DNA of 64,000 nt from Mobula hypostoma (Eukaryota): the NCBI RefSeq assembly GCF_963921235.1, contig NC_086101.1:172732001-172796000 (forward strand), written 5' to 3'. Both the position numbers and the translations under genes were made by a program. Below are positions 34,958-48,699 of this stretch, in pieces. Numbering within the stretch: the first letter of the stretch is position 1; the number at the start of each line of letters is the position of its first letter. A model generated the notes under the pieces. That model saw nothing but the letters and a program-made list of their open reading frames with translations, had not been told where the DNA came from and did not search any database.

Positions 34958-37120
34958 AAACACAAGAGGTTCTGCAGATGCTGGAAATCCAGAGCAACGC
35001 ACACAAAATGCTGGAGGAACTTAGCAGATCAGGCAATATCTATAAAAATAAATACACGGGGTCAACATTTTGGGCCGAGACATTTCTTCAGGAATGGAAG
35101 GGAAAGGGAAAGATGCCAAAATAAAAAAAATGGAGGGAGGGAAAGCAGAACAAAATAGAAGGTGGTAGGTGAAGCCAGGTACAGGAAAGTTGAATGGCTG
35201 GAGAAGAAGGAATCTGATAGGAGAGGAGAGTGGATCATGGGAGAAAGGGACAAAGGAGGGGCACGTGGGGGAGGTGATAGGGAAGTGAGGAGAGGAGGTA
35301 AGGGGCCAACTGGAGAATGAAAGAAGAGGGAAGGAAGAGGGGAAAAGAAAGAAAAGACAGAAAAAATACCAGAAGAAGAAATTGATGTTCATGCCATCAG
35401 GCTGAAGGCTACCGAGACAAATTGAGGTATTGGTCCTCCACTCTGAGGGTGGCCTCATTGTGGCAGAAGAGAAGGAATGGACCAGCATGTTGGGGTAGGA
35501 ATGGGGATAGGAATTAAAATGGATTGCCACCAGGAAATTCTGCTTTTTGCAAATGGAGTGGAGGTGCTCCCACAATTTACGTCAGATCTCACCAATGTAG
35601 AGGAGATTGCATCGGGAGCACTGGATACAATAGATGACCCAAATAGATTTGCAGGTGAAGTGTTGCCTTACTTGGATGGATTGTTTGGGGCCCTGAATGG
35701 AGGTAAGGGAGTAGGTGAACGGGCAGGTGTAGCATTTCTCTCACCTGAAGGGATAAATACCAGAAGAGGTGAATGGGGAGGGATGAACAGACAAGGGCAT
35801 AACCAAAAAGTGGAGAGAGAAGCAGATACGTTTGGTGCTAGGATCCCAGTGAATATTATGAAAGTTCCGGAGAATGACATGTGGATGCAGAAGCTCATGG
35901 GGTGGCAGGTGAGGGCAAGAGGAACTCTAGACCTGTTAAGGTGGCGGGAAGAATGGGGCGAGCATGATGTCTGGGAAATGGACGATTTGCGGGTGATGGC
36001 AGCATCAATGGTGGAGGAAGGGAAACCCCATTCTTTAAAGAAGGAGAACATCTCTGACGTCCTGGAAAGCCTCACCCTAGGAACAGATGCAGTGGAGACA
36101 AAAAGAACTGAGAAAGGGTTAGTCAAGGTAGCTGTGGGAATCGGTTGATTTATAAAAGATGACGGTCGACAGTTTATCACAAGAGATGACAGAGAGATTG
36201 ATCAAGAAAGGGGAGGAACAAGTTAATTTAAGGGCAGGGTGGAAATTGGAGGCAAAGTTGATGAAATTGATGAGTTCAGCATGGGTGCAGGAAGCAGCTT
36301 TGATGCAGTTGTTGATGTAGCACAGACAGAGTTAAGGAGCATTAACAAGGAAGATTTGGAACATGGACGGTTCATGTAGCCAACAAAAAGGAGGCATAGC
36401 TGGGGCCCATGCAGGTGCCCGTGGTTACCCCCTGAATTTGTAGAAAGTGGGAGGAACAGAAAGAGAATCTGCTGAGGGTGTGGACCAATTCTGCCAGATG
36501 GAGGAGGGTGCTGGTGGAGAACTGGTTGAGTGTTTTTGTTATGAAAGGAAGCAGAGAGTCTTAAGGCCTTGATAAGGAATAGAAATGTACAGGGACTGAA
36601 TATCCATGGTGAAAATGAGGGAGTCAGGGCCACAGAATTTAAAGTTGTTGAGGAGATTGAGAGCATGTGAAGTGTTGTGTATGTAGGTGGGAAGGGACTG
36701 AACCAAAGGAGATAGAATGGAGCAGAGGACACGAGTTCAGTGGGGCAGCAGCAAGCAATTCCACTGGGCCTAATCGGACAGTCAGGCTTGTTGATCTTGG
36801 ATAGGAGGTTGAAACGAGCAGTGCGGGGTAAGGGAACTATGAGTTTGGTGGCAGTGGATGCAAGATCTCCAGATTTGATTAGGTTAATGATGGTGTGGGA
36901 GTCAGTGGCCTGATGGTACTGAGTGGGGTCCTTTTTAAGGAGTAAGTAAGAGGAGGTGCCTAAGAGTTGCTGCCTGGCCTCAGCAAGGTGGAGACTGGTC
37001 TTTCACACTACAAGTGCACCCCCTTTGTCTGCACGTTTAATGGTAAGATTGGGATTGGTGCACAGAGAGAGGAGGGAGGTGCGTTCAGAGGGGGTAAAGT
37101 TTGAGGAGAAGAGTGGAGTG
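34958..37120 (-). mobile_element. Penelope-like retroelement (RT plus GIY-YIG endonuclease), decayed, with 3' terminal repeat
   Basis: Minus-strand frames give FTMDIQSLYISIP, G.T.GTCMGPSYA, SEMFSFFKEWGFP, RVPLALTCHP and EHLHSI...VAIHFN; many frameshifts. Confidence 0.85.
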
Positions 37121-38567
37121 CTCTAATCAAAGGTACTTGACACACCAAAACCCCAGAACACAAACAATCAAATGTGACTTTTTCTTCTACCCGTCTATTA
37201 CGCTTCTCATCAGTCCTGTACTGTCATGAGACCTCATGAGGAAATCTCCTTGGCAACTTTACCTCCTAAAAACAATCACAGAGCTTTAAAGAATGTCTTC
37301 TGTTTATTCCATGAGGGAATAAAGAACTTAATGGCAAACTGGCAGGAACAGAAGTTGATGAGTAAGGATATAAGTGGAACTTTGATTTCTGGGCCTTGGG
37401 GTTAAGTGGCCTGTGTATGTGCAGTAATTTCTGTGTAACTCTACCCAACATTAGCAAATGTGTTCATTATCTCACATTCTAGGGTAATGGAGTAATTAAC
37501 TTAATGTGGCGTTGGTATCAGTTGTCTGATCTCAATGGTCTGATGCCAGATCTCAGCCTCAGATTTGGTGTGTTGACCAGCCTATAAACATTTGAGTTAC
37601 AGAGGAATGTGTCAGGGTCTCCTGGGTCTAAATGCTTCTCAGTTTTTGTGTCGGAAACAAGATTGCCCATTATGACTGAAGATACTGATCGGATATTCTT
37701 GTACAAACAATCACATGGCAGCAAACAATTATCACATTACTTTGTCATTTGTCCACAGTTGCAAGAACATTGTTGATGGAGTGACTGACAGTCAAGAACG
37801 ATCCAATCCAGTGAAGAAACAAACTGCATCTTGATTGGCATGGGACGACTATGATGTCATGAGGAGGAACATCTTGATGAACGAATGAGAGTGTGGAATG
37901 AATAAAGGCTGGAAGCAACAAAAAATCTATCAGGAACCCATCGACCCAGACCTGGCTACTCTTACTGGCTAGTTTGTCAGAGGGCAGGGAAGGCATTGGC
38001 AGTGCTGGACTCTGGATAAATTATCAGCAAGCTGTGATGTAGGCTGACCAGCTGGTAAGCTCCAGCACCCAACACAGCATAGTTCCAAGAAACAGTAGCA
38101 AAATGTGGAGAGAAAATTTAGGATTAAAAAGCCAATTGTTCCCAATGATTTAAAGTAATCTCTTTTCTAGGGATTTTCTAATAACTTGAGATGTAAAATT
38201 TACAGTTTATGTTTCGCTGTCTCATCTGATACGCTCAGTTCTTTTTGGTCATACAGGATCACAATTTCCAAAACAATTTAATTCCCCCTAGATAGGCAGG
38301 AATAATTCTGATACAGACACAAGGTGGGAAGTTCCTGGTCGCCATGATATAATGCACATCCCTGGACCCTCCCAGGACCTCCACCTGTCCCCAAGCTGTG
38401 CTGAACCTGGAGACATTGCTTCCAGTGCCATGTCCTCTTGTTCTGGGTTCCTCTTGGTGCTATCAAGGATCTAAAAGGGGCAGCATTGGCATCCCTACTT
38501 GACTGGTACTGATACAGTCCTGCAATGTTTTCTTGAAGTCACACCTTCAAAATCATTCATCATTGTA

Positions 38568-39137
38568 CATAAGAACATAAGAAATAGGAGCAGGAGTAGG
38601 CCATCTAGCCTGTCAAGCCCACTCCGCCATTCCATAAGATCATGGCTGATCTGGTCATGGACTCATCTCCATCTACCTGCCTTCTTCCCATAACCCTAGG
38701 TTCTCCTACTATGCAGAAATCTATCCAATCTTGTCTTTAATATATTTACTGAGGTAGTCTCCACTGCTTCATTGGGCAGAAAATTCCACAGATTCACCAC
38801 TCTCTCCTCATCTCCATTCTAAATCTACTCTCCCGAATCTTGGGGCTAGTTCTAGTCTCACTGACAAGTGGAACCAACTCTCCTGCCTCTACCTTATCTA
38901 TCCTTTTCATAATTTTATCTGTTTTGATAAGATCTCCTCTCATTCTTCTGAATTCCAGTGAGTACAGTCCCAGGCAACTCAATCTTCCTCATTGTCTAAG
39001 CCCTCATCTCTGCAATCAACCTGGTGAACCTCCTCTGCACCACTTCCAAAACCAGTATATCCTTCCTCAAGTAAGGAGACCAGAACTGCATGCGGTACTC
39101 TAGGTGCGGTCTCACCTATACAGTTGTAGCATAACCT
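38568..39137 (-). mobile_element. CR1 3' fragment
   Basis: LGLYSLEFRRMRGDLI motif; tail cataagaacataaga; same subfamily as 43270..43800. Confidence 0.85.
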
Positions 39138-39314
39138 TTTGTACAAAAGGTTTTGGATTGCAGTTGGTCTTTTTAAACTTTCTCCTCATTTAATTCAATC
39201 CATTTTGATTTAAAGTGCATCTAATACTCTACAGCAATAAATTAATTTTCTTTTTGTGGAAGAGGGTATTATTGTTGAGCATGATACTTCCTTCACCTAT
39301 TATCAACAAATATA

Positions 39315-39838
39315 CACCCAGTGTCCACTTTATTACAGCTGCTCGTTAATGCAAATGTCTAATCAGCCAATCGAGGCAGCAACTCGATGCATAAAAGCAT
39401 GCAGACATGGTCAAGGGATTCAGACGTTGTCCATACTAACCATAAGAATGGGAAAGAAGTGTGATCTAAGCGATTTTGACCGTGGGATGACAGTTGGTGT
39501 CAGACGGGGTGGTTTGAGTATCTCAGAAACGTCTGACCTCTTGGGTTTTTCACTAGAGTTTACAGAGAATGGTGCAAGAATAAAAAAAAAACATCCTGTG
39601 GGCAAAAATACCTTGTTACTGAGAGAGGTCAGAGGAGAATGGCCAGACTGGTTCAAGCTGACAGGAAAATGACAGAAATTCAAGTAACCAGGCATTAGTA
39701 GGGTGCAGGAAAGCATATCTGAATGCACAACACATCATACCTTGAAATGGATGGGCTATGGCAGCAGAAGACCACAAACATACACTCAGTGGCCAATTTA
39801 CTAGATACAGAAGGTACCCAGTAAAGTGGATACCAGGT
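39315..39838 (+). mobile_element. Non-autonomous Tc1 element
   Basis: MGKKCDLSDFDRGMTVGVRRGGLSISETSDLLGFS; degenerate TIRs. Confidence 0.85.
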
Positions 39839-41621
39839 ATATCTTTCTACAGATGATGGCGAGAGGGCAATCAACTGCAGGAACCTTGCCGGATACATTT
39901 TGTTTCTCAGTATGGGGTTTCTTGGCAGCCAAGTACATCCCACACTAGCTTGTGGTAACCAGTGACACGAACCACAATGTAGCAAGACAGCTGACCTGCA
40001 GAGTCTATCGGCCTCATTGTAACATCAGAATGCAACGTCAGTGAAATGTGTCTCACTTCATAGTCAGAATAAATAAGTAATGAGGTTAACTTCCATTAAA
40101 CCATTGTCAATTACATTGCAGTGAAGCCACTGGATGCAGCCCGGACTCGAGCGCAATGCCATCATTTAAATTGGATGGCGCCACTGTCTTTAATAACCTG
40201 ATGATCCATCTCAATGTCATACGCCATCTCTTTGCTAATACTTAGCAGCGAACCCACAAACCAAATGAGCTTTTCTTTCCAAGTACCAATTTAGGACAGT
40301 TACTGGGCCAGGCTCCTAGCAACAACACCCTGGTGTGCTTGCCGCTAAAGCAAAGGAAACGGGCTGATTGCCAGCCTGTGATCTGCATGTGTAATAAATC
40401 AGCTGACTCAAACGAAATTAACTCAGGAGATATTGCTGGCAAATAATTGAACTGCAAAAAAATTAACACTTTGTAAATGACAACCTGGAAAATTACTGAT
40501 GGTGGTATTATGTTAAACTGCTTAATGTTCTCCCCTCGAATTTCTGCCTCAGCTATTTTCTACAAGACATTAACCTGTTGTTATGATTGTCCTGATGCAA
40601 GTTTATGAAAATTTCAGCTGTGTGATGTTCAGGGTTAATTTGAACAATTAGCCAAAATGGAAAAGCCACTCCAAGTTCTGCACTCTGAATCATGACCGTC
40701 AAAGAAAGATAAAATAAATCATACAAGACACACATAATTTGCTGAAAATCCTGTAAACATGATGAAGGGAGAGCTGGTATTTCAGTATCTCTCCACAGAT
40801 GCTGATTGACAAGCTTAATATTTCCAGAATTTTCAGTGTTACTGTAGAACACAAGATCAGTTTGGGTGAAAGGCAGGTGAAACTAAATGATAAATAAATT
40901 GATAATACAAACGCAAAATAACATTGTGAAAGGGCAAGAAAAGAACAAGAGAGGTATTAAGGAAGTATAATTATCTAAAATTAGCAGAGTAAGGTGGAGT
41001 GAATGATGGAAACCAGAAAATAAAATGCTGGAAATGCTGATTATCTGAAACTGTATTTTGAGCCAATTGAGCTGTGCCTGGTCGGGTGATGTGCTACACA
41101 AAGTCTCCAAATCAAAGCTGGGTAAACTCTGGGAACAGCATTTCACAAAAGCATCTTAAATATACAAAAGGGCTTCGTGGAAGGAGTATAGGAAAAGATA
41201 TCCAGTCCAACACTGAAGAGAAACCACAGCTAAATGAGATGAAAATGAACTCTGACAGGATGCAAGAGAGTGAAGTCTCACTATACACTTTGGCTAGAAG
41301 GGATACTGCAAAACCATCTAATGTCAGTTTCTATCAGGATTTTAATTCAATGTGGCAGTAGTATTGGCCCTAATTACCCACGACACATAGGCACTGGGTA
41401 AAAACAGCAGATTAGGATATCATTTAACCAGATGATTTTCACTGGTTTCAGTGTTACGGTTGCTGAGACTACAGTGCATTTTATAAATAAATTCCAAATT
41501 TATTTAATATCTGAATTTACACTTCACAGCAGCTGGCATTGGACCCTAAAACATGTGTCCCTGCATCAGTGTTTAAGAGTTCCGCTCAACGGTCCAGCAG
41601 CTAAACCACTATGCACACTAT

Positions 41622-41978
41622 GTACACAAGAGATTCTGCAGATGCTGGAAATCTTACCAAAGGATCTAGTGCTTTCCTGGCATATATGAAGCAAAAGCTC
41701 TTCTCAGGCTTCCATCGGGGTTCAGTGTCGATTCTAACGGACATTTCGAGGAGAAACTCAGCCATCTTCATCAGGGATGATGCCTAGGCATTTCTGGTCC
41801 GGTGGTATATATATAATCCTCAACCAATCAGATTCCCGCTGGAAATCTTGAGCACCACACATGAAGTGCTGGAGGAACTCAACAAGTCAGGCAGCATCTA
41901 CGCAGAGGAATAAACAGTCAACCTTTTGGGCCAAGACCCTTCATCAGGGAGGGGGCAGAAGCCAGAATAAAAAGGTAG
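41622..41978 (-). mobile_element. Penelope terminal repeat split by a 182-bp insert (41656..41837) of a second Penelope-type repeat
   Basis: 12-bp TSD gctggaaatctt at 41644..41655 and 41838..41849; the insert carries CTGATGA...GAAA-TGTC on the minus strand. Confidence 0.75.
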
Positions 41979-42024
41979 GAATAGTTTTTACTCCCCCACT
42001 ATCTAATTTCAGAACAGCCTATAA

Positions 42025-42350
42025 ACACTTTCAGGCAGATGGAGCTCATCAGCCACAGTTGGCAGCTCATCTAGGAGAAGGAAAGCGATGATCTCAAACC
42101 TCTACTACCTTGCACCTACACTCACTTGTGGGGAAGTTTTTGGGAGAAAACCCTGAAGAAAAATCTGGACCTGGAATCACGAAAGCAGTCCTACGTCGAG
42201 TTCAACGCTGACTGGCGACTTCTGCGAAGCTGCTGGTGCCAAACTGTATCGGTGTCTATCATTCTTTTGGATTTATCAGCTGCGGAGCCGGTGGGGGGGT
42301 AAGCTGCATGGATAACAGCTTGCTGTCCATATTGAACTGCCCTGGATTGT
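42025..42350 (+). mobile_element. Probable RTE-type non-autonomous element (5' UTR-like)
   Basis: ggcagctcatctaggagaaggaaa...ctcaaacc resembles RTE 5' UTR motifs. Confidence 0.4.
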
Positions 42351-42534
42351 GTATCACATAGACAACTACGACACAACATTCAGGGTCAACCCCGATCAAC
42401 GAAGGGCCTCAACCCTAAACACTACCTTGCTATTCATCTATTCAGTTATTTTTGTAACTTACAGTATTTTTTTTATGTCTTGCCCTGCATTGTTCCCTGT
42501 AAACAACAAATCACATGACATATGTCAGTGATAA

Positions 42535-42905
42535 GGGTGCCTGGCTGGAGATATGTCTCTACCAAAGGAGATGCAATGAGCTACCCTGCAGGTTACCCTT
42601 GGACAAGGTGTAACACCTGCTTAGCCCCCCGACCCCCCGATCAGGGTCACATGAAGCCATGGGAGCAGGTGGTGGATGGCCGTATGAGCAGCTGGTGCAT
42701 ATCACAAGTCCTGGTTATGTGACCATTGACATCTGGCAGACAATCTCTGAAGAGTATTGATAATGGCTGGGGTCACCCATCTTGTAAAGACACTGCCCAG
42801 AAGGCGGCAATGGTAAAGCACTCCGGAAGAAAAAGTTGACAAGAACAGTCGTGGAAAGACCACGATCGCCCACATCACATGACACAGCACTTAATGACAA
42901 TGATG
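42535..42905 (+). mobile_element. RTE-derived non-autonomous retroposon inserted into a LINE tail
   Basis: Homolog of 17254..17628; the flanking LINE tail tgtcagtgataa resumes as tgtcagtgaaaatgaaactgattctg. Confidence 0.75.
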
Positions 42906-43269
42906 TCAGTGAAAATGAAACTGATTCTGTTTCTAAAAAGGGAAATAATAACACTGGAAGTAGTCCAAAGCAGATCACTCATGCTAATTGGTGAAATGAA
43001 ATTATTGTCCTATCAAGTGAGGCAAAACAAGTTGGGTCCATATTATTTTCAGTTCAAATTAATGAAAAGTGACTTTTTTGAGACATACACAATCCAGAGA
43101 GTGCATGATACTGTTGGTGCCGATATGTTTTCACTCATGGGAGAGTTGTGAAAAAGGAAACATAGAGTAGTTTCAAGACAAAGGCTAGTCATTTAAGACA
43201 ATGTAGAGAAAGTTCTTCGCATGGAAGGTGTTGAATCTCTAGAATTTTCTATTCCAGTAGTTTGCAAAT

Positions 43270-43800
43270 ATTGAGGAAGAATATACCGGCTTTGGAGGCA
43301 GTGCAGAGGAGGTTCACCAGGTTGATTCCAGAGATGAAGGGGTTAACTTATTTGGAGAGACTGAGTCGCCTGGGACTATACTCTCTGGAATTCAGAAGAA
43401 TGAGAGGGGATCTTATAGAAACATACAAAATTTTGAAAGGGATAGATAAGGTAGAAGTAGGAAAGTTGTTTCCATTGGTAGGTGAGACTCGAACTAGGGG
43501 ACATTGCCTCGAGATTCAGGGGAGAAGATTTAGGATGGAGATGAGGAGAAATTGTTTTTCCTAGAGAGTGGTGAATCTGTGGAATTCTCTGCCCAGGGAA
43601 GCAGCTGAGGATTCTTCACTAAATATATTTAAGATACAGTTAGATAAATTTTTACATAGTAGGGGAATTAAGGGTTTTGGAGGAAAGGCAGGCAGATGGA
43701 GCTGAGTTTACGGACAGATCAGCCATGATCTTATTGAATGGCGGGGCAGACTCGATGGGCCAGATGGCCTACTCCTGCTCCTAGTTCTTATGTTCTTATG
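43270..43800 (+). mobile_element. CR1 3' fragment, nested in an older CR1 (about 42950..43870)
   Basis: [48 protein letters not shown]; tail ttcttatgttcttatg. Confidence 0.9.
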
Positions 43801-46044
43801 TACTTAAGGTGGAAGTAAGTAACATTTTTGAAAGGTTGGGCTATGAGTACGGAAAGGAAGTTGAGGTCAGTGTGGTATTGTCATCATCAAATCTAATGAT
43901 GACAGACCAGGGGACTTACTGCTGCTTCAATTTTCTTGTTGATAAAGTATTGGAGTGATATTTCTGGGTACACCGTCCAAATTCCAACAGCTATTGATAT
44001 TAATAACTTAAAAAAGGATAACATATTACACAGGTGCAAAAAGGAGCGCAATTTTCTTGTCTCTCTACCCCGTCTAACTCCCATCAAAGCAAAGAATGCT
44101 TTATATTGTGGAGCAAGTGGACAGTTTTCATTTTGGCCAGCTGGATAATAACCTGTCAGAGCAAATGTGTCTGTTAAAGACCTTGGCTGAATTACAGTCC
44201 ATTCTGGAATATAATTTGGGCCTTTAAATCTTTAGAATTTGTCACACGGCATCCCTATGTATGGACTTGTTGGTATTTAATTACCGAGTTTGCATCACCA
44301 AACGTGTGAGTAGACATTGGAGAATATACGGCATAAGGCAACAAGCATGATCCCAAGAGTTAAAGGGAATGAGTGATGAGTAGAGATCAAAGAAATACAG
44401 GCTGTATAATCTGGAAAGAAGGCACTTAACACAAGGATAAGATACATCAAGTACATTACTTCAAAGATAGAGTGAATGACGCAACAATTAAATGAATGAC
44501 AAAAAACTTAAAACGCACATTGAACAGAACATCGTTGTTCTGAATATATTCCATTCTTTGAATGATCTGTCTTTGAGGGCTGTGGAGGCAAAAACCCTGG
44601 AAGATTTAAAATAAGCGTTCGATGAGAGAGGGTGGATAGCAGAAGAATGAGGTTCAACATACCAACTCATTTGCAATCCATCTTCAATTGTTTTTGTCTG
44701 TTCAAAGATTATGTCACTTCTGAGATTTGCATAAACAAACAAGAGATATTGTTGGACTGGTGCAAGTCAAAATTAGAGAGAACACATAATGCAGTATTCA
44801 TATCTCTCACCAGCTTCTTAGAGCCCAATTCATCATAACTATGATGTACTTTGTTGGGCATATTTTTGGCTAATGTTAAAACAAAAACTATTGAGGCACA
44901 TTTAAAATTCAAATTCCACAGGAGATCTGAAAATGATGGTTTGGATTTTCAAAGAATTCATGATTTTCTACCCTCACGTCTCAGTCGTGATGCTTATTTA
45001 TCAATGATCTCACTTACAACAACCCGCTTTCAACAGAAATGTTTCAACAGTCATAAGGGATTAGGGCCTCTCAAGTTTGGACACGTTCCGTCTAAATCTA
45101 ATCTATACCTGCTCAAAGCACAAGTCCCAAAATTAATTCTTCCCTGAATCTCCCCCCACCACTCCCAGAGAGAAAGCTCTTTCAGAGGGGAGGGGACTTA
45201 ATGTGGGGGGGGGGGGCGCGGTGAGAGTGTGGCGGAGGTAGTTGGAATACGGAAGAGCAACCCAGGAAGGGTTCAGTGATACAGTCTCATTTTTCTGAAT
45301 GCCTGACTCTGCAGAGATTTCCTCATGGCTGACGCAAGATGATGGCGAGGGGAGTGAAGCTGGAGAGGACTGAGTGAATGGAAGATTAAAAGTGTGATGA
45401 GAAGTCCTTATACCAAGGACTGGTCATTTTACTTTACCACTGAGCTTGTCTCTGAGAGAGGTAGTGCGATAATTCAAGTTGAGTATGATGTTCTCATAAC
45501 CAGCTACTGCTGGGTCCCCAGGTGGCTGTAGAGGCTGATCCAGGATCGACATATTATGGTGCAGTGTAGGCAAGAGTAAGTAGTGGCTGTGATTAGTGAC
45601 TGGGTCTTTTGGTTGTTCAGTCTCTCCTTTCATAGCTGCCTCTTATTCTCTGCGGCAAAGCGATACTGAGTGATACTGAGACAGGTAACACCTGAGGCAA
45701 TCTGTCATACCTGACTGCTAAAGTAGCCACCTTTAAGAACTATGCTGCCATCTGTGGCACACATCATGTCTGGCACAGGATTTTGCTGTGATTATCAGTT
45801 TCCAGTAATTACTCACCCTGTTACTGGGAAGGGATGCTGATTAACATTCATTCGTTTTCACTGTATTCTACACAATTTAGTTGTTACCGTCTGCAACTTA
45901 ACCCACAGCCACACTGGCAACACCCTGACAGAGATATTCCGTTTGTTCTTTCCATCCGTCCCCCAACTTCTCTGCAATTTAAAATGAGAGTGACCTTTTC
46001 TCTCTGTTTTCTAGTTCTGCTAAATGGTCTTTGGTCACAAATAT

Positions 46045-46180
46045 GAGAAAGTCTGCAGATGTTAGAAGCCCAAAGTAACACACACTCACACAATGCTGGA
46101 GAAACTTCAGCAGGTCAGGCAGCATCTGTGGAAATGAATAAACAGTTGACCTTTTGGGCCGAGACCCTTCCTTCTCAGTC
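46045..46180 (-). mobile_element. Penelope terminal repeat
   Basis: gtctgcagatg...cagcaggtcaggcagcatc...cagttgaccttttgggccgagaccctt. Confidence 0.7.
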
Positions 46181-46719
46181 CTCAAGACCCTGAGAAAATT
46201 TGGCGGCCGCAGCCGAGATAATGTGCCCAATGCCCTGAGTTTTGCTGTGTTAACTGGAGAAAATTGATTGTTAACAGATACCCACGACATAAATAACAAA
46301 ACAGACCAGCACTGAGAAGCAGTGTGGCAAAGCAATGGGTTGTTAACATTAAATGCTTTCAACATTGTACACAAGGGGTTGTCCAAAAGGTGTTATCTTC
46401 CATACAAGAATTCATTTCTGCACAGTTATTGGACCCAAACTGTTAAGAAACCTTGCTCAATATACCTCCATCTACTGGGCTGCAGCAGTTCATGATGGCA
46501 GCTCATTGCCACCTTCTCTTGGACAGTAATCGCTGACCTGACCTATGGAACACAATTCCCAAAAATGAATAAATGCTCATCACTCAGTACCATCCTTGGA
46601 TTAGAATCAACATCGTGTGAAACAAGAGAATTCAGATTTTCATCTCAGATTTAAAGGCATCCATGGATAAAAATGCACACGATTGGAGGAAAGTCAGCAG
46701 AACACACACCTGTCCTCAG

Positions 46720-47286
46720 TGCAGGGTCAATCGTGGAAAAGGTGAGCAGCTTTGAGTTTATGGGTGTCAATATCAAAGAGGATCCCACTCTTTGGTGCAA
46801 CCTCATGGAAGGCATACCAGTGGCTCCCCTTCATTAGGCCTTTGTGGAGATTTGGTATGTCACCAAAGACCCATAAATTTCTACAGATGTGTAGTGGAGA
46901 GCATTCTGATAGGTTGCTTCACAGCCTGGTAGGGAGGTTCAATGCAAGAGGCTGCTGAGGTTGTAGACTCAGCCAACTCCCTCCTCACCACTGAGGACAT
47001 CTTCAAGTGGAGGTGCCTCAAGAGAGCAACATCCATCACTGAGGTTCCTCACCATCCTTGCTGCATCCATCGGGAAGGAAATACAGAAACCTGTAAACTC
47101 ACACTCAACAATTCAGGAACAGCTTCTTCCTCCTCTGAACCATCCATGAGCCACATCATTGTCAGCTTGCGCTATTTATTTATCTGTGTAGTTTATAGCA
47201 ATTTTCTATCTTTGCCCTGTACGGCTGTCAGAAAACAACAAACCACATGATATAAGTCAGTGATAATAAATCTAATTCTGATTCTG
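46720..47286 (+). mobile_element. Rex1/Babar-like LINE 3' fragment
   Basis: Decayed ESILIGC.TAW motif; tail aataaatctaattctgattctga. Confidence 0.7.
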
Positions 47287-48194
47287 AGATATATTTGAAG
47301 GTTTGATAGGGATTCAAATCATGTGTGCCCCATTCTTCTACCACTGCAGTCCAATAGATGCTAGTGTGCTAAGCAAGATTTTTTCAGGTGCTTGGTCTGA
47401 TAACTGCATGCACAAGTACTTCTATCTATTGAGGATTACCTGTCAGGGTGTTGGAAACAAACCCTTCATGAGAGAAATGGATTGGTCCTTGACAATCATA
47501 TGCAGGGCCATGGGTATTTGGAGGGGAATGGAGCTGTCATGGGTGCTCAATTATGAGCCAGTAGGGAACTGCCGGGCTGTATGGCCTGAATCTCTACTCT
47601 AACAATTCTATAGCTCAATATGAGATACAGAATGAGTGCAGATACTTTCAACTGTACGACATCAACTACTTACCCTGAGAAGTCAATTCTTCTGGGAAAA
47701 TTCATAATATCTTGATGTTCTAGCCTTTTTATAAAGGAAAATAATGATACACCATTTAAGACTTCTTGCCAAAGCAATAAAATCCCTCAGAAAACAAAGT
47801 TTTCTTTGCTCTATTGATCACACTAATGATTTAAATGGATTTAATGACAGGACATAACTTCAACTAGCCGGGTCTGCGTATCAAATTCCAATGTAGGTTT
47901 TCCCCTTTTGAGTCCATCGTGGACATTATTAGAAGATATATTATACTTCAAGCAATTGCACAAATGATCAAATATAAGTCAAGTTTACATGTCTAGCTGC
48001 CATTCAACAAGTGACTGTGCAAATGGATTTTGGCAAGTTATATTTTGGTAGTTATAGGCATTTCAATCAAGTCTGATAACCATATTTTATTTCTGATAGC
48101 ATGAGGCATGTCTCATTTTGCCTGTCTGCTGTTCTTTCTTCATTTATTGACTTGGCTGTTGAGGGGAAGGATGCTGGTTCATTCAGAGTGAAAC

Positions 48195-48315
48195 ATCTCT
48201 TCTCCCTTCCTTTCCAGTCCTAATGAAGGGTCTTAGCCTGAAACATCGACTCTTTATTCCTCTCCATAGATGCTGCCTGACCTACTGAGTTCCTCCAACA
48301 TTTTGTGTGCGTTAC
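48195..48315 (+). mobile_element. Penelope terminal repeat with a degenerate hammerhead core
   Basis: cagtcctaatgaagggtcttagcctgaaacatcgact...gatgctgcctgacctactgagttcctcc. Confidence 0.7.
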
Positions 48316-48699
48316 TCTTCATCACCTTTTGTGTAGTCTCCTTCTTAAGGAGGACAGAACTTCCACTCATGGCAAACAACCTCCCTCTGACTTCAACAGC
48401 ACAGATGGAGAGGACATTGTAAGGACTGATCACTTCTAAAACACCCATTCACTGCCGAAGACTACAAGGAAATGATCCGCTTACCGGCCACAAAGCCAGA
48501 ATTACAACCAGGAAATGATAGAATTCTTCAGCAGATCAGGCAGCATCGATGAAGGGAGAACCAGAGCTGAGGTAGGGTAATGGAGGGGAGCTATTATTCT
48601 AACAGGTTGTCTGGGACAATGGTATTCTGCAAGGATCAGTGCCAGGAACTCTCGTTTATCTAAATGCGCTGATTAGTAAGTCTTCAGATGACAAAAACA

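Noticed and set aside
35477-36148. 223-aa plus-strand ORF
   Set aside because: Antisense to the Penelope RT/endonuclease frame.
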